A stretch of 64,000 nucleotides of DNA, taken from IMG/VR virus record IMGVR_UViG_3300032240_001498, positions 1 through 64,000 of that record, one strand, 5' to 3'. Source of the DNA: a virus. Lineage: Duplodnaviria > Caudoviricetes. Made by a program: the position numbers and the translations under genes. The notes beneath the pieces were generated by a model that saw nothing but the letters and a program-made list of their open reading frames with translations, had not been told where the DNA came from and ran no database searches. This document shows, piece by piece, positions 54,985 through 64,000 of the stretch. The first letter of the stretch is position 1. Every line of letters begins with the position of its first letter.

Positions 54985-57900
54985 TTATTTTCCTCCTTCT
55001 ACGTCTAGTTTGCCGATGTCTTTGCGTTCGGCCCATACTGTATAGAAACAGTTGATTTTCTTGCTCATAATGTTTTCATTACCAATATAAACTTTGTTGT
55101 TTTCGATACGGTCTACATACAGTTTCTGATGCGCACCAATTGGTGTTATATCAATTGTAATTGAACCTTCATCAACTAACGCTGTCCAGTAGTCTGGCAA
55201 TTCAATTACACCGTTAGTACACCGTCCACGTACATAGACTCCATTTTCTGGTCCTTCTAAACTACCGTACTGTAGTTTTTGTCCCGGCTTAGTTGGATGA
55301 TCAATTAAGAAGCTCTTGGCTGTTGCGTATAGTGTACCACCAATGTATACGTTACCTGCAATGCCAACACCGCCGTCAACAATCAATGCACCTGTAGCTG
55401 TTGCTGTAGCATTGGTTGTGTTAGTAATTCTTAAAGTATTTCCAACACTCATAGAGCCGTTAATACTGCTCATCAATGTAGCCGCAGTGATCACGGCGCT
55501 TCCTGCTACTGTTGCTGTATTTGCAACATATAAACTGCCGCCGGAATACAAGTTATTTGTAGTTGAAGCAACTGCCGCACTGGTTGTTGATGTGTAGTAA
55601 CCTGCGATATATCCTGGTTCTGCTTGCGCACCAAATATATAGATACCAAAACCTGCTGTACCAGTGTATGATGTCAAGCTGTCATTGATAACTGTACCAG
55701 CACCAATCGCTGTGTAGATACCAAATGCTGTTGCAGTTGCACTGGTCGGAGCCCAAACTGTCAATGAGCAACGATACCAGTTACCTGTACCAACATATGG
55801 AACAAATTCGCAACGTGCTTGAACAGGATATAATGCGCCTGCTGTATTTGCTACAGCACCTGTTGATAAGTTGAACCATGCTGAGTGTGCTTGGCCTGCA
55901 ATAGTAATGTTGACTGCACCGTAGGTACGATCAGCGGATTGCATAAACACGCTGACTGTAATTGGACCAGTTTGACTAATAGTCTGCTGGAAGTAGTGAT
56001 TACCGTTAGCACTTGTTTCAACAAGTTTAGTAGCATTTAGTGTGCCGTCTGGGCTGTATGTGCTACCTGCTTGATAGGTTGTGTTTAACTTAGACCAGTT
56101 ACCTACTGACCAATCATTGCTGTAGACTAATAAGTTGCCGCCCTGCGCATACAGGCCCTGTGCAACGTTAGCACCACTAGATATTTGGTTGCCAGATAAC
56201 TGTAAGTTAGCACCGCTGTTTAGGAATGTATTCAATCCAATTGATACTGGGCCACCGACAAACAAGTCTTTACCAATACCAACACCACCAGTTACAATCT
56301 CTGCACCTGTCAGTGTTGAGATAGATACTGTTGCGCTGGTTACAGCGATGTATGGTGTAGAAGTTGATGAACCGCCTGATCCACCGCTACCGCCTGTACC
56401 AACTAGAGCACCGTTAGCGTAGATGTTGCGAGCATAAATGTCTCCAGCAACTCCTAAGCCACCGGAAATAATTACAGCGCCAGTTATGGTACTTGTTGCA
56501 CTGGTAACGTTGGTAACTTTAATTTGTCCAGGATGTGTCTGTATGCCAGCACTATCCCATGAAGCACGTAGGTTACCTTGACCGTCTGCAAGTAATATGT
56601 TGTTGCTTGATGTAGCAATAGTTGAACCATCAATACCACCAATTACCACGTTGTATGCACCGCTGGTAATTGCCTTACCTGCTTGATAACCTAACGCAAC
56701 GTTTTGATTTCCTGTTGCAACTTGTAGAGCTTGATAACCAACACCAACGCCTGCGCTTAGTGTTGAGTTGTTGCCAGCGCCTGCATTATTACCTACGTAA
56801 GTATTATATGTACCTGCGGCAATTAAGTTACCTGCATTGTAACCAATTAAGGTGTTACCTGCTCCACTGGTTAGTGTGTAGCCTGCATTGTTACCAACTA
56901 AAGTAGTTTGAGCACCACTCAATGCTGGACCAGCATAAGCACCAATTACAACACTTTGTACTGAACTTGTTGACGATGGGTAACCAGCATTATTGCTGTT
57001 AAAGAATATTGAACCTGCACCAGCGCCACCGTCGTCACCGACTGCAATCTGTGTAGTCTGCCAGCGAATCTTATTAACTGCGGTATTAAAGTTAATGTTG
57101 CCGCCGGCCCAAATGTTGCCGCCAACTCCTAAGCCACCGTTGGTAATTTTTACAGCGGCTGTTGTTGTGCTTGTTGCTTGTGTAGCATTGATAACTGTTA
57201 CAATACCGCTTAGGTTAGTTATACCTACATGAGTTGTTTGACCGCCAACATACAAGTCTTGTGTTATACCAATACCACCAGTTGTGTACAATGCTCCTGA
57301 GCCAGTACCTGCGGCATTGGTTGCGTTCTGTATAAACAACGGATTGGTGATTGTACCACCGTTAAACGCACCAGTAAACGACCCAACGTTCTGTGTTGTA
57401 ACGATTTGATAACCGTTGATCCAGCTGTTGTTGGTCAAGTAAATGCTCTGTGCGCCAATACCACCAGTAACTTGTAATGCGTTACCAGCAATAGTCGAAG
57501 TACTTGCAATAGCAGAACTGATATATGTTGTGCCTGTGATATTTGCTGTTCCACCAACAAACAAGTTACCACCAATGCCCGCACCACCGTAGGTTACAAT
57601 GCTTCCGCTTTGTGTACTGATTGCTTGAGTAGCAGTTGCAATAGTAAATGCACCATTACCAAAGCGAGCCATTTCATAGTTAGCGGCATTAGCAAATATT
57701 AAGTTGCTACCGTAGGTTACCACAGCATCGCCTGCGGCCGCAGTAGCAATAAAGTTACTTGCGGCACCTGCTACACCAATACGGAAGTCTGAATTCGAAC
57801 CAACACCAGTTCTAGTAATCATCAGATCAACATATGAACCTGATGCGCCTGATCTTAATATGTGATCATTGTTGCCTGTTGCATAGATACCATATCCACT

Positions 57901-60900
57901 TGCAGAAGCGCCGTTGATGTGTATCTTACCTTGTAGGTTGCTTGAAACGCCAAGACCTAAATTACCGCCTTGTGCGCCACCGTCAATAACTCCGCGTAGT
58001 GTTTGGTTAGTACCGTTAGTTGTATAGAAACCCAAGTAGCCGTTGCTACCAGATATTGATCCAACACCTGCACCACCTGCGGCAAATGTTTGGTTAGCGT
58101 TCATAAACGCAATACCAGAAATATCTGTACTGAACAAATCACGTCCAATCTGCCAACGTGGGCTTGCTTCAGTTAATTTAATTTCATAAATTGCCTGTGA
58201 GCCACCTGCGTTTGTGATCTGTACACGTGAACTATTATATGAACCAGCAACAATGTTACCGTTAACTTCAAGAGCTTGTCCTGGAAGGGCTGTATTAATA
58301 CCCACGTTACCGCCAAAGTAACCTTGGCTTGCAACTGTCAAGTTACCGTTAATGCCGGCGCCACCGAATACCTGTAGGCTACCTGTAGCTGTGTTACCTA
58401 GTGTGCCTGCCTGTCCGTAGTTTACACCAATAGCCGCATAACCACCTGTGTAGATGTTGCCACCTAGACCAAATCCACCATTCTGTACAATCAATGCACC
58501 AGTTGTTGTGCTTATTGATTGTGTAGCATTGTTGATTGTTAGGGCCGCATTAATTGTACCACCGGAGAAACTGTTGATGTTAGCCGCTGTAATGATTGGG
58601 CTTGTACCAATGTAACCTGCTGTGGCAATGTATAATGTGTTAGCACCAATACCACCAGTAACCTGTAGTGCGTTACCAGCAATAGTGCTTGTGCTTGACA
58701 ATGCACTTGCAATAGCTACTAGGCCGCCATGATATGAATCTTTAGTAACTGCCATGCCACCATAGGTTACTAATGATCCTGTGTTCAATGCAGAAGTAGC
58801 ATTTGTAGTTGAGTTAACAATAATTGCATTTGCTACATAACCACCATTGTATGCGTAAGCACCGATGTTAGCAACTGTAACGATTGGGCTACCGTTAATA
58901 TAACCATTAGTATCAATGCTTAGGTACTTGCCGCCAATACCACCCGGTGTGTAAATTGCGTTGCCTGTTGCACTTGATAAGTTGTATAATGTGCTTTGTA
59001 CTGTTGCTGTGTTGCCAACAGTCAGGCTCTTACCAACACCTGCCCCACCTACAACTTGTAAGCTACCAGTTTGTGTAGTTGTTGATTCAACTGCGCCTGA
59101 GAAACGAGCAGTAAGAGAATATAGTGTATTCCACGGTGTAGTATTATTTCCAAGGTTCCAACCACCTGATGTAGAAGGAATAATATTTCCTTGACTTACC
59201 CAAGCGTTGATACCATCAAATAACATAGAAGCATATGGTGCTGTAGTGTTACCAATGTATAAACCAGAGTTAATTGCAAGAGCCGCGTTACCTGATGCTG
59301 TGCTTAGATAAATTGCCTTGTCACCAGACTGAATACGTGTACTATCAATAATAGTCTGTATGCCGTCAACGTACAAGTCACCTGTTAGGTACATGCTACC
59401 TAGAACGTTTGCATTTCCGCCAACCCATAGGTTCTTACCAATACCAACACCACCAGTAACAACTAGAGCACCAGTTTGTGTACTTGTTGCATCTGCTGTG
59501 TTAGCAAGTGTTAATGCGTTGTTAATTGTACCGCCAGAGAAACTGTTGATGTTAGCACTTGTAACGATCTGTGCGTTTCCAATCCAACCGCTGTCTGTTA
59601 GGTATAATGTTTGAGCGCCAATGCCGCCTACTACCTGGACTGCGTTTCCGCCAACTGTTGATGTACTGCTTAAATTGCTTCCAACATACAGGCTCTTGGT
59701 AATACTTGCGCCACCAGATACTGCTAATGCACCAGTACCTGCGCCTGTTTGATCAGTTGCTGTGCTTACTGTTAAGGCTCCGCCAATTGATAGTGGACTA
59801 CCTGCTGAGTTAATTGTAGTTGCTGTTACGTTAGTGGCAATTAAATTACCGTAGAAGTTAGTACCAGCATAAATGTTACCAACTGCTGATATACCGCCAG
59901 CTGTACGGATAGCACCGCTTGAGTTGTTTATGGCCTGTGTAGTTGTGTTTACATACAATGCAGTAGTAATTGTACCACCATTGAATGAATAGCTACCAAT
60001 GTTGGCCGCTGTGATAACTTTACTGTTACCTACCCATGCCGCGCCAGTTACGTTTAAGTTACCAAACCAACCACCACCACTGACCTGCATTGCGTTGCTG
60101 GCAATAGTTGCAGTGCTGAATCCTGCGGCTGTTGTAATAATATTGTTTTTGGCCGCAAAGTTTCCAGTAGCAGTAAATCTTGCCCACTCAACTGTTGTGT
60201 TTGTACCAAGGTTGTTGTCCCATGCACCGCCAGCGAATACCAACGGAACTTGACTACCTGAACTTGTACCACCAGATGCAATCCAGTGTTCAAACGTTGC
60301 GCCGTTATCGCTTGAGAACGCGGCCATTGCAACTTTAGAAGTATCACCACCAAACAATGAACTGTGTAGTGTATTATTGAAACTTACTAGGTTGCTCATT
60401 GTGTTGGCAGTCTGTATCCAACTCCATGTGCCTGCTGAGCTTCCTGCTAGATGTATACCGTATTGAGGAGTAGCTTGGCCAACTCCTAGTACTGCGCCCA
60501 GTGCAGAACCGTTTGGATTGTAGGTTGTAATTCTACCTATTTCAATCTTATTCTGAATAAACGCTAATGGTATTGCTGTGTTGTTTGATCCGATGTTAAC
60601 AGCATTTAGTGTTGTGTTAATACCAAAGTAACCGTCATAGGTCGGTGATATGTTAAACGGATCAACAAACTCGTAGTATCCGCCTGACCATATGTTGCCG
60701 CCTACTCCTAGGCCGCCATTGGTAACCTGTAGAGCACCTGTAGTTGTTGAAGTGGCCTGTGTACCATTGTTGATAACCAATGGATTATTAATTGTACCAC
60801 CAGAGTAACTGTTAATGTTCTGTGCTGTAATAACAGGGTAGCCACCTACCCATGCTTGATTCTGTACACGCAAGTATCCAAAGCTACCACCACCAACAAC

Positions 60901-63900
60901 TTGTAAAGCATTACCTGCTTGAGTCGCTGTGTTGAATATACTAGAACTTACAGTACCTGTTGTAATTGTAGCTGTACCAACGTTGATTGTTTTAAATGTT
61001 GAGGAGTTAGCCTGAACACGTAATTCGCCACCGATGTATACGTTGCCGCCAATACCAGCACCACCATTGGTAATCTGGAACGCACCTGTGATAGTACTTG
61101 TGGCCTGTGTAGAACTATTGATAATGATCTGCTTGGTAATGGTTCCGCCATTGAAAGCAAACTGATTGATAGTTGCTGTTGTAATTACAACCCCACCGTT
61201 GACCGTTGCAATCTGGTTGACCATCAACATGTCTGAGTATATACCGCCAGACACTACTAGAGCATTTTGATTAGCAGTTGCAGTTGATTCTAATAAACTT
61301 GGTATAAACTGTTGATAACCAACAATCAATGTGCTACCAATGCCCACTCCACCAGCTACAGTAAATGCCGCTGTTTGTGTATTTGTTGCGTCAGTTGTAT
61401 TTGTGAAAGCAATTTGTTTGCTATCAGTTGCTGTAACAACTGGGCTGCCGTTGACCCATGCATCGGGACCAACAACAGTTAGTTGCCCACCAATCCATGC
61501 ACCACCAACAGTTGTCAACGCATTGTTGATATTTGTTGATGTACTTGTACGACTCGTACCTAAGTATAAGTTTTCACTTGCGGCAATACCACCAGTAACT
61601 TGTAAGCTACCGGTTACTGTATTTGTTGAAGATGTATTGCCAACAATTTTAATAGTATTGAAGAAACCATAGCTCCAAGCGTTAGATCCTGTACCTAATC
61701 CGATACCTTGACCACTTGGATTAATACTTGCGTTTGAGCTCCAGCTACTTACACCATCAAACAACAAGCTGGCTCTTACGGTTCCTGGTTTACCTACTGC
61801 AAGACCAGACCCGCTGGCCAATATAGCAGTTGCGGCGCCAGTGCTAACATAAATGATCTTATCACCAGTCTGGATGCTGTTTGAGTTAACGATAGTTTGA
61901 TTGCCGTCAACATATAGGTCGCCGCCTAGATATAATGATCCGCCAATGTTAACGTCTTTACCAATACCAACACCACCTGCTACTGTTAGCGCACCTGTGT
62001 TTGTGCTCAGTGAGTTTGTAGTGTTAGATAAGTTTAATGTGTTGCCAATCGTACCACCTGAGTACTGATTGATCGTTGCTGTTGTGACAATCAATGCACC
62101 AGCTATAGTTCCAGCCTGCTCTAGGTATAATGTCTGGGCACCTATACCTCCAGATGTTATTTCTACAGCATTGCCAGTGATAGAAGTTAAACTGCTTTGG
62201 GTTGAATATAGATTACGGAATCTTCCAACAGCCTGGGTGATATTATTCCAAACATATAGAGACTGCTGTGTACTAATGCCGCCATAGGCTCTTAACGCAC
62301 CAGTAGACGAACTAATAGCCGCTAGGTTAGTATTTGCCCAAATGGGTCCAAATGCCTGTAACTGGCCATCTATATAAACTTGATTGTTAGTGTAAAGGTT
62401 TATATCCCCGTTACTGTTTCCTATATTGATATCAGCAGGATATGTAGAAACTGCTATAGTTAGTGTACTTGCCGCAGTTATATTGTTTGTGACTGTGTTG
62501 TTGAGATTCAACAGTCCAGCAGTGAGGTTTAGATTATTTCCAACTGTAACATTATTAGTAATCGACAAATCACTATAACCTTGTATAGTGCCGTTAACAA
62601 TTATATTACCTTGTACACCAATACCACCAGTAACTACAAGGCTACCGTTTGTCGGAGTAGTTGATAATACACCTGAGCCAATTGTTGCTGTGTTGGTTAC
62701 ATAGAGTCTGTTGGCTACACGAGCTGACCCGCCTACATACAAGTCGCCTACGATACCTGCTCCGCCTGATACTTGTAGGGCACCAGAGTTAACAGATGTT
62801 GATGTTGATGTGTTTACAATCTGTACAGGATAGTGTAGTGGTGTTTGACCGTCATATACGCCTGCATAGTTTGCCAAGTTACCTGTGGTAATGATTTCAT
62901 TAACGCCAATGTAACTCCTGTCAGTTAGGTAGATACTTCTAGCGCCAATACCACCAGTAACTTGTAGGGCATTACCGCTAATAGTACCTGTGCTGTATAC
63001 TGAGCTGGTTGTTATTACAGAACTGGCATTAACCGTTTTAATGTAAGCTGAGCTCCATTGTAGGGCAACAGTACCAATTCCATAGGTGCTGTCGGTAAAC
63101 GGATTCAATCCGCCTTTACTTACCCAGTTGCCTGCGGCGCCTGCGCCACCATCAAATAATAAACTTGACCAGCGATCATTTTCAATACCGTCATCCTTGC
63201 CAACAACGATACCAGAACCTGCTGACTGTATGGCATTGCCTGTTAAGGTACTTAAGAATATAACTTTGTTGCCAATGTCAACACTGGTGCTGTTGATACT
63301 TGTAACAGTTCCCGCAACCTGTAGGCTTCCACCAATAACAACGGTACCACCAATATAGGCTCCACCGTTTTGAATGTTCAGTGCATAAGTGGCTGTACTG
63401 GTGATCTGCAATGGACTTGTAACTGCTTGTCCACCAACAAAACTACCAATTGTGCTTGATGTAACAATCTGCGCACCTGCAATAAAGCCATCTGTGCTTA
63501 GATATAGGTGTGCGGCTCCAATGCCGCCAGTGACCTGTAGAGCATTGCCGGCTATAGTTGAAGTACTATAGCTGACATTGCTCATTGTTATAATTTGTGA
63601 AGTAGAACTTCCACGAGCAAGTACAGTATCTAATGTATCTGTATTAGAGATTGTCACTGTGCCAGTATTGGCAGATACAAAAATTCCAGATCCAGCGGTT
63701 ACTGTTTGAACACCTAAGTTAACAATATTGATTGTTGCAGTTGTACCGCTCTTGGTTACGCTTGCACCGATGTAAGCATCAGTAGTTGCAGTAACGTTTG
63801 TTAGAACACTTCCGCCGCCTAGTAAGTTTAAAGAACCGCCAACTGTTAGATTGCCACCAATACCAACGCCGCCGTCAACAACTAGAGCACCTGTATTTGT

Positions 63901-63999
63901 ACTTGTGCTCTGTGCAAGACTTGTGATTCGGAGTGCATTTGGAACAAATCCACCTAGGCTAGAACCAATTGTTGCTGTTGTAACAATTTCGCTACCTGC
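54985..63999 (-). CDS. giant repetitive tail fibre/adhesin, 5' end outside window (>3000 aa)
   Basis: Frame stays open 114 codons upstream of the track's GTG to the window edge; about 30 T.GAL.V.GG.G repeats; C-terminal KSFLIDHP...LEGPE chaperone-like domain. Confidence 0.9.
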   Translation of the reverse strand, partial: AGSEIVTTATIGSSLGGFVPNALRITSLAQSTSTNTGALVVDGGVGIGGNLTVGGSLNLLGGGSVLTNVTATTDAYIGASVTKSGTTATINIVNLGVQTVTAGSGIFVSANTGTVTISNTDTLDTVLARGSSTSQIITMSNVSYSTSTIAGNALQVTGGIGAAHLYLSTDGFIAGAQIVTSSTIGSFVGGQAVTSPLQITSTATYALNIQNGGAYIGGTVVIGGSLQVAGTVTSINSTSVDIGNKVIFLSTLTGNAIQSAGSGIVVGKDDGIENDRWSSLLFDGGAGAAGNWVSKGGLNPFTDSTYGIGTVALQWSSAYIKTVNASSVITTSSVYSTGTISGNALQVTGGIGARSIYLTDRSYIGVNEIITTGNLANYAGVYDGQTPLHYPVQIVNTSTSTSVNSGALQVSGGAGIVGDLYVGGSARVANRLYVTNTATIGSGVLSTTPTNGSLVVTGGIGVQGNIIVNGTIQGYSDLSITNNVTVGNNLNLTAGLLNLNNTVTNNITAASTLTIAVSTYPADINIGNSNGDINLYTNNQVYIDGQLQAFGPIWANTNLAAISSSTGALRAYGGISTQQSLYVWNNITQAVGRFRNLYSTQSSLTSITGNAVEITSGGIGAQTLYLEQAGTIAGALIVTTATINQYSGGTIGNTLNLSNTTNSLSTNTGALTVAGGVGIGKDVNIGGSLYLGGDLYVDGNQTIVNSNSIQTGDKIIYVSTGAATAILASGSGLAVGKPGTVRASLLFDGVSSWSSNASINPSGQGIGLGTGSNAWSYGFFNTIKIVGNTSSTNTVTGSLQVTGGIAASENLYLGTSRTSTSTNINNALTTVGGAWIGGQLTVVGPDAWVNGSPVVTATDSKQIAFTNTTDATNTQTAAFTVAGGVGIGSTLIVGYQQFIPSLLESTATANQNALVVSGGIYSDMLMVNQIATVNGGVVITTATINQFAFNGGTITKQIIINSSTQATSTITGAFQITNGGAGIGGNVYIGGELRVQANSSTFKTINVGTATITTGTVSSSIFNTATQAGNALQVVGGGSFGYLRVQNQAWVGGYPVITAQNINSYSGGTINNPLVINNGTQATSTTTGALQVTNGGLGVGGNIWSGGYYEFVDPFNISPTYDGYFGINTTLNAVNIGSNNTAIPLAFIQNKIEIGRITTYNPNGSALGAVLGVGQATPQYGIHLAGSSAGTWSWIQTANTMSNLVSFNNTLHSSLFGGDTSKVAMAAFSSDNGATFEHWIASGGTSSGSQVPLVFAGGAWDNNLGTNTTVEWARFTATGNFAAKNNIITTAAGFSTATIASNAMQVSGGGWFGNLNVTGAAWVGNSKVITAANIGSYSFNGGTITTALYVNTTTQAINNSSGAIRTAGGISAVGNIYAGTNFYGNLIATNVTATTINSAGSPLSIGGALTVSTATDQTGAGTGALAVSGGASITKSLYVGSNLSSTSTVGGNAVQVVGGIGAQTLYLTDSGWIGNAQIVTSANINSFSGGTINNALTLANTADATSTQTGALVVTGGVGIGKNLWVGGNANVLGSMYLTGDLYVDGIQTIIDSTRIQSGDKAIYLSTASGNAALAINSGLYIGNTTAPYASMLFDGINAWVSQGNIIPSTSGGWNLGNNTTPWNTLYSLTARFSGAVESTTTQTGSLQVVGGAGVGKSLTVGNTATVQSTLYNLSSATGNAIYTPGGIGGKYLSIDTNGYINGSPIVTVANIGAYAYNGGYVANAIIVNSTTNATSALNTGSLVTYGGMAVTKDSYHGGLVAIASALSSTSTIAGNALQVTGGIGANTLYIATAGYIGTSPIITAANINSFSGGTINAALTINNATQSISTTTGALIVQNGGFGLGGNIYTGGYAAIGVNYGQAGTLGNTATGSLQVFGGAGINGNLTVASQGYFGGNVGINTALPGQALEVNGNIVAGSYNSSRVQITNAGGSQAIYEIKLTEASPRWQIGRDLFSTDISGIAFMNANQTFAAGGAGVGSISGSNGYLGFYTTNGTNQTLRGVIDGGAQGGNLGLGVSSNLQGKIHINGASASGYGIYATGNNDHILRSGASGSYVDLMITRTGVGSNSDFRIGVAGAASNFIATAAAGDAVVTYGSNLIFANAANYEMARFGNGAFTIATATQAISTQSGSIVTYGGAGIGGNLFVGGTANITGTTYISSAIASTSTIAGNALQVTGGIGAQSIYLTNNSWINGYQIVTTQNVGSFTGAFNGGTITNPLFIQNATNAAGTGSGALYTTGGIGITQDLYVGGQTTHVGITNLSGIVTVINATQATSTTTAAVKITNGGLGVGGNIWAGGNINFNTAVNKIRWQTTQIAVGDDGGAGAGSIFFNSNNAGYPSSTSSVQSVVIGAYAGPALSGAQTTLVGNNAGYTLTSGAGNTLIGYNAGNLIAAGTYNTYVGNNAGAGNNSTLSAGVGVGYQALQVATGNQNVALGYQAGKAITSGAYNVVIGGIDGSTIATSSNNILLADGQGNLRASWDSAGIQTHPGQIKVTNVTSATSTITGAVIISGGLGVAGDIYARNIYANGALVGTGGSGGSGGSSTSTPYIAVTSATVSISTLTGAEIVTGGVGIGKDLFVGGPVSIGLNTFLNSGANLQLSGNQISSGANVAQGLYAQGGNLLVYSNDWSVGNWSKLNTTYQAGSTYSPDGTLNATKLVETSANGNHYFQQTISQTGPITVSVFMQSADRTYGAVNITIAGQAHSAWFNLSTGAVANTAGALYPVQARCEFVPYVGTGNWYRCSLTVWAPTSATATAFGIYTAIGAGTVINDSLTSYTGTAGFGIYIFGAQAEPGYIAGYYTSTTSAAVASTTNNLYSGGSLYVANTATVAGSAVITAATLMSSINGSMSVGNTLRITNTTNATATATGALIVDGGVGIAGNVYIGGTLYATAKSFLIDHPTKPGQKLQYGSLEGPENGVYVRGRCTNGVIELPDYWTALVDEGSITIDITPIGAHQKLYVDRIENNKVYIGNENIMSKKINCFYTVWAERKDIGKLDVEGGK

Positions 64000-64000
64000 T

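Noticed and set aside
55316-63571. Many plus-strand ORFs opposite the giant fibre, and similar ORFs opposite the sheath and replication genes
   Set aside because: Antisense shadows of biased codon usage, with no SD or promoter and no recognisable motifs
63655-63657. GTG start assigned by the ORF track for the giant fibre
   Set aside because: The frame continues without a stop to the window edge with the same repeat motif
1-64000. Stop-codon reassignment (TAG/TGA recoding seen in some jumbo phages)
   Set aside because: Core genes are full length in code 11, and TAG and TGA end genes at coupled junctions
1-64000. tRNA genes, CRISPR array, DGR or retron
   Set aside because: No cloverleaf or T-loop in the intergenic regions, no repeat-spacer array, no reverse transcriptase motif; a formal tRNAscan/CRT run was not possible
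54985-64000. Fibre repeats as a DNA repeat array or DGR template/variable pair
   Set aside because: Repeats are conserved at protein level with divergent codons; no adenine-specific near-identical pair was seen

Overview
64 kb segment of a large T4-related (myovirus-type) dsDNA phage genome using the standard genetic code. No tRNA, rRNA, CRISPR array or reverse transcriptase was seen. Layout: (1) 1-6302, a GC-richer plus-strand early region of small unknown genes, many driven by repeated sigma70-type promoter/RBS cassettes; (2) 6303-6722, a palindrome-rich boundary with a hidden micro-ORF; (3) 6723-16851, accessory genes (2OG-Fe oxygenases, GT9-like, MaoC-like, SGNH-like, an orphan fibre, secreted proteins, nucleotidyltransferase, YqgE/AlgH); (4) 16851-29255, a minus-strand replication/recombination module (gp41 helicase, primase, a 191-aa mini-DnaE, clamp-loader small subunit, UvsW, UvsY, UvsX, gp32); (5) 29400-46843, terminase, head completion, tail tube, sheath and neck genes; (6) 47260-64000, a U32-like/methyltransferase fusion in a coupled cassette with fibre genes, ending in a >3000-aa repeat fibre that runs off the window. 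Best leads: the U32-MTase/fibre cassette, the mini-DnaE, leaderless late genes (TAA[A/G/T]TA-N5-ATG), and a start-less ORF possibly reached by +1 recoding. All family calls come from motif recognition by eye, not from database searches.
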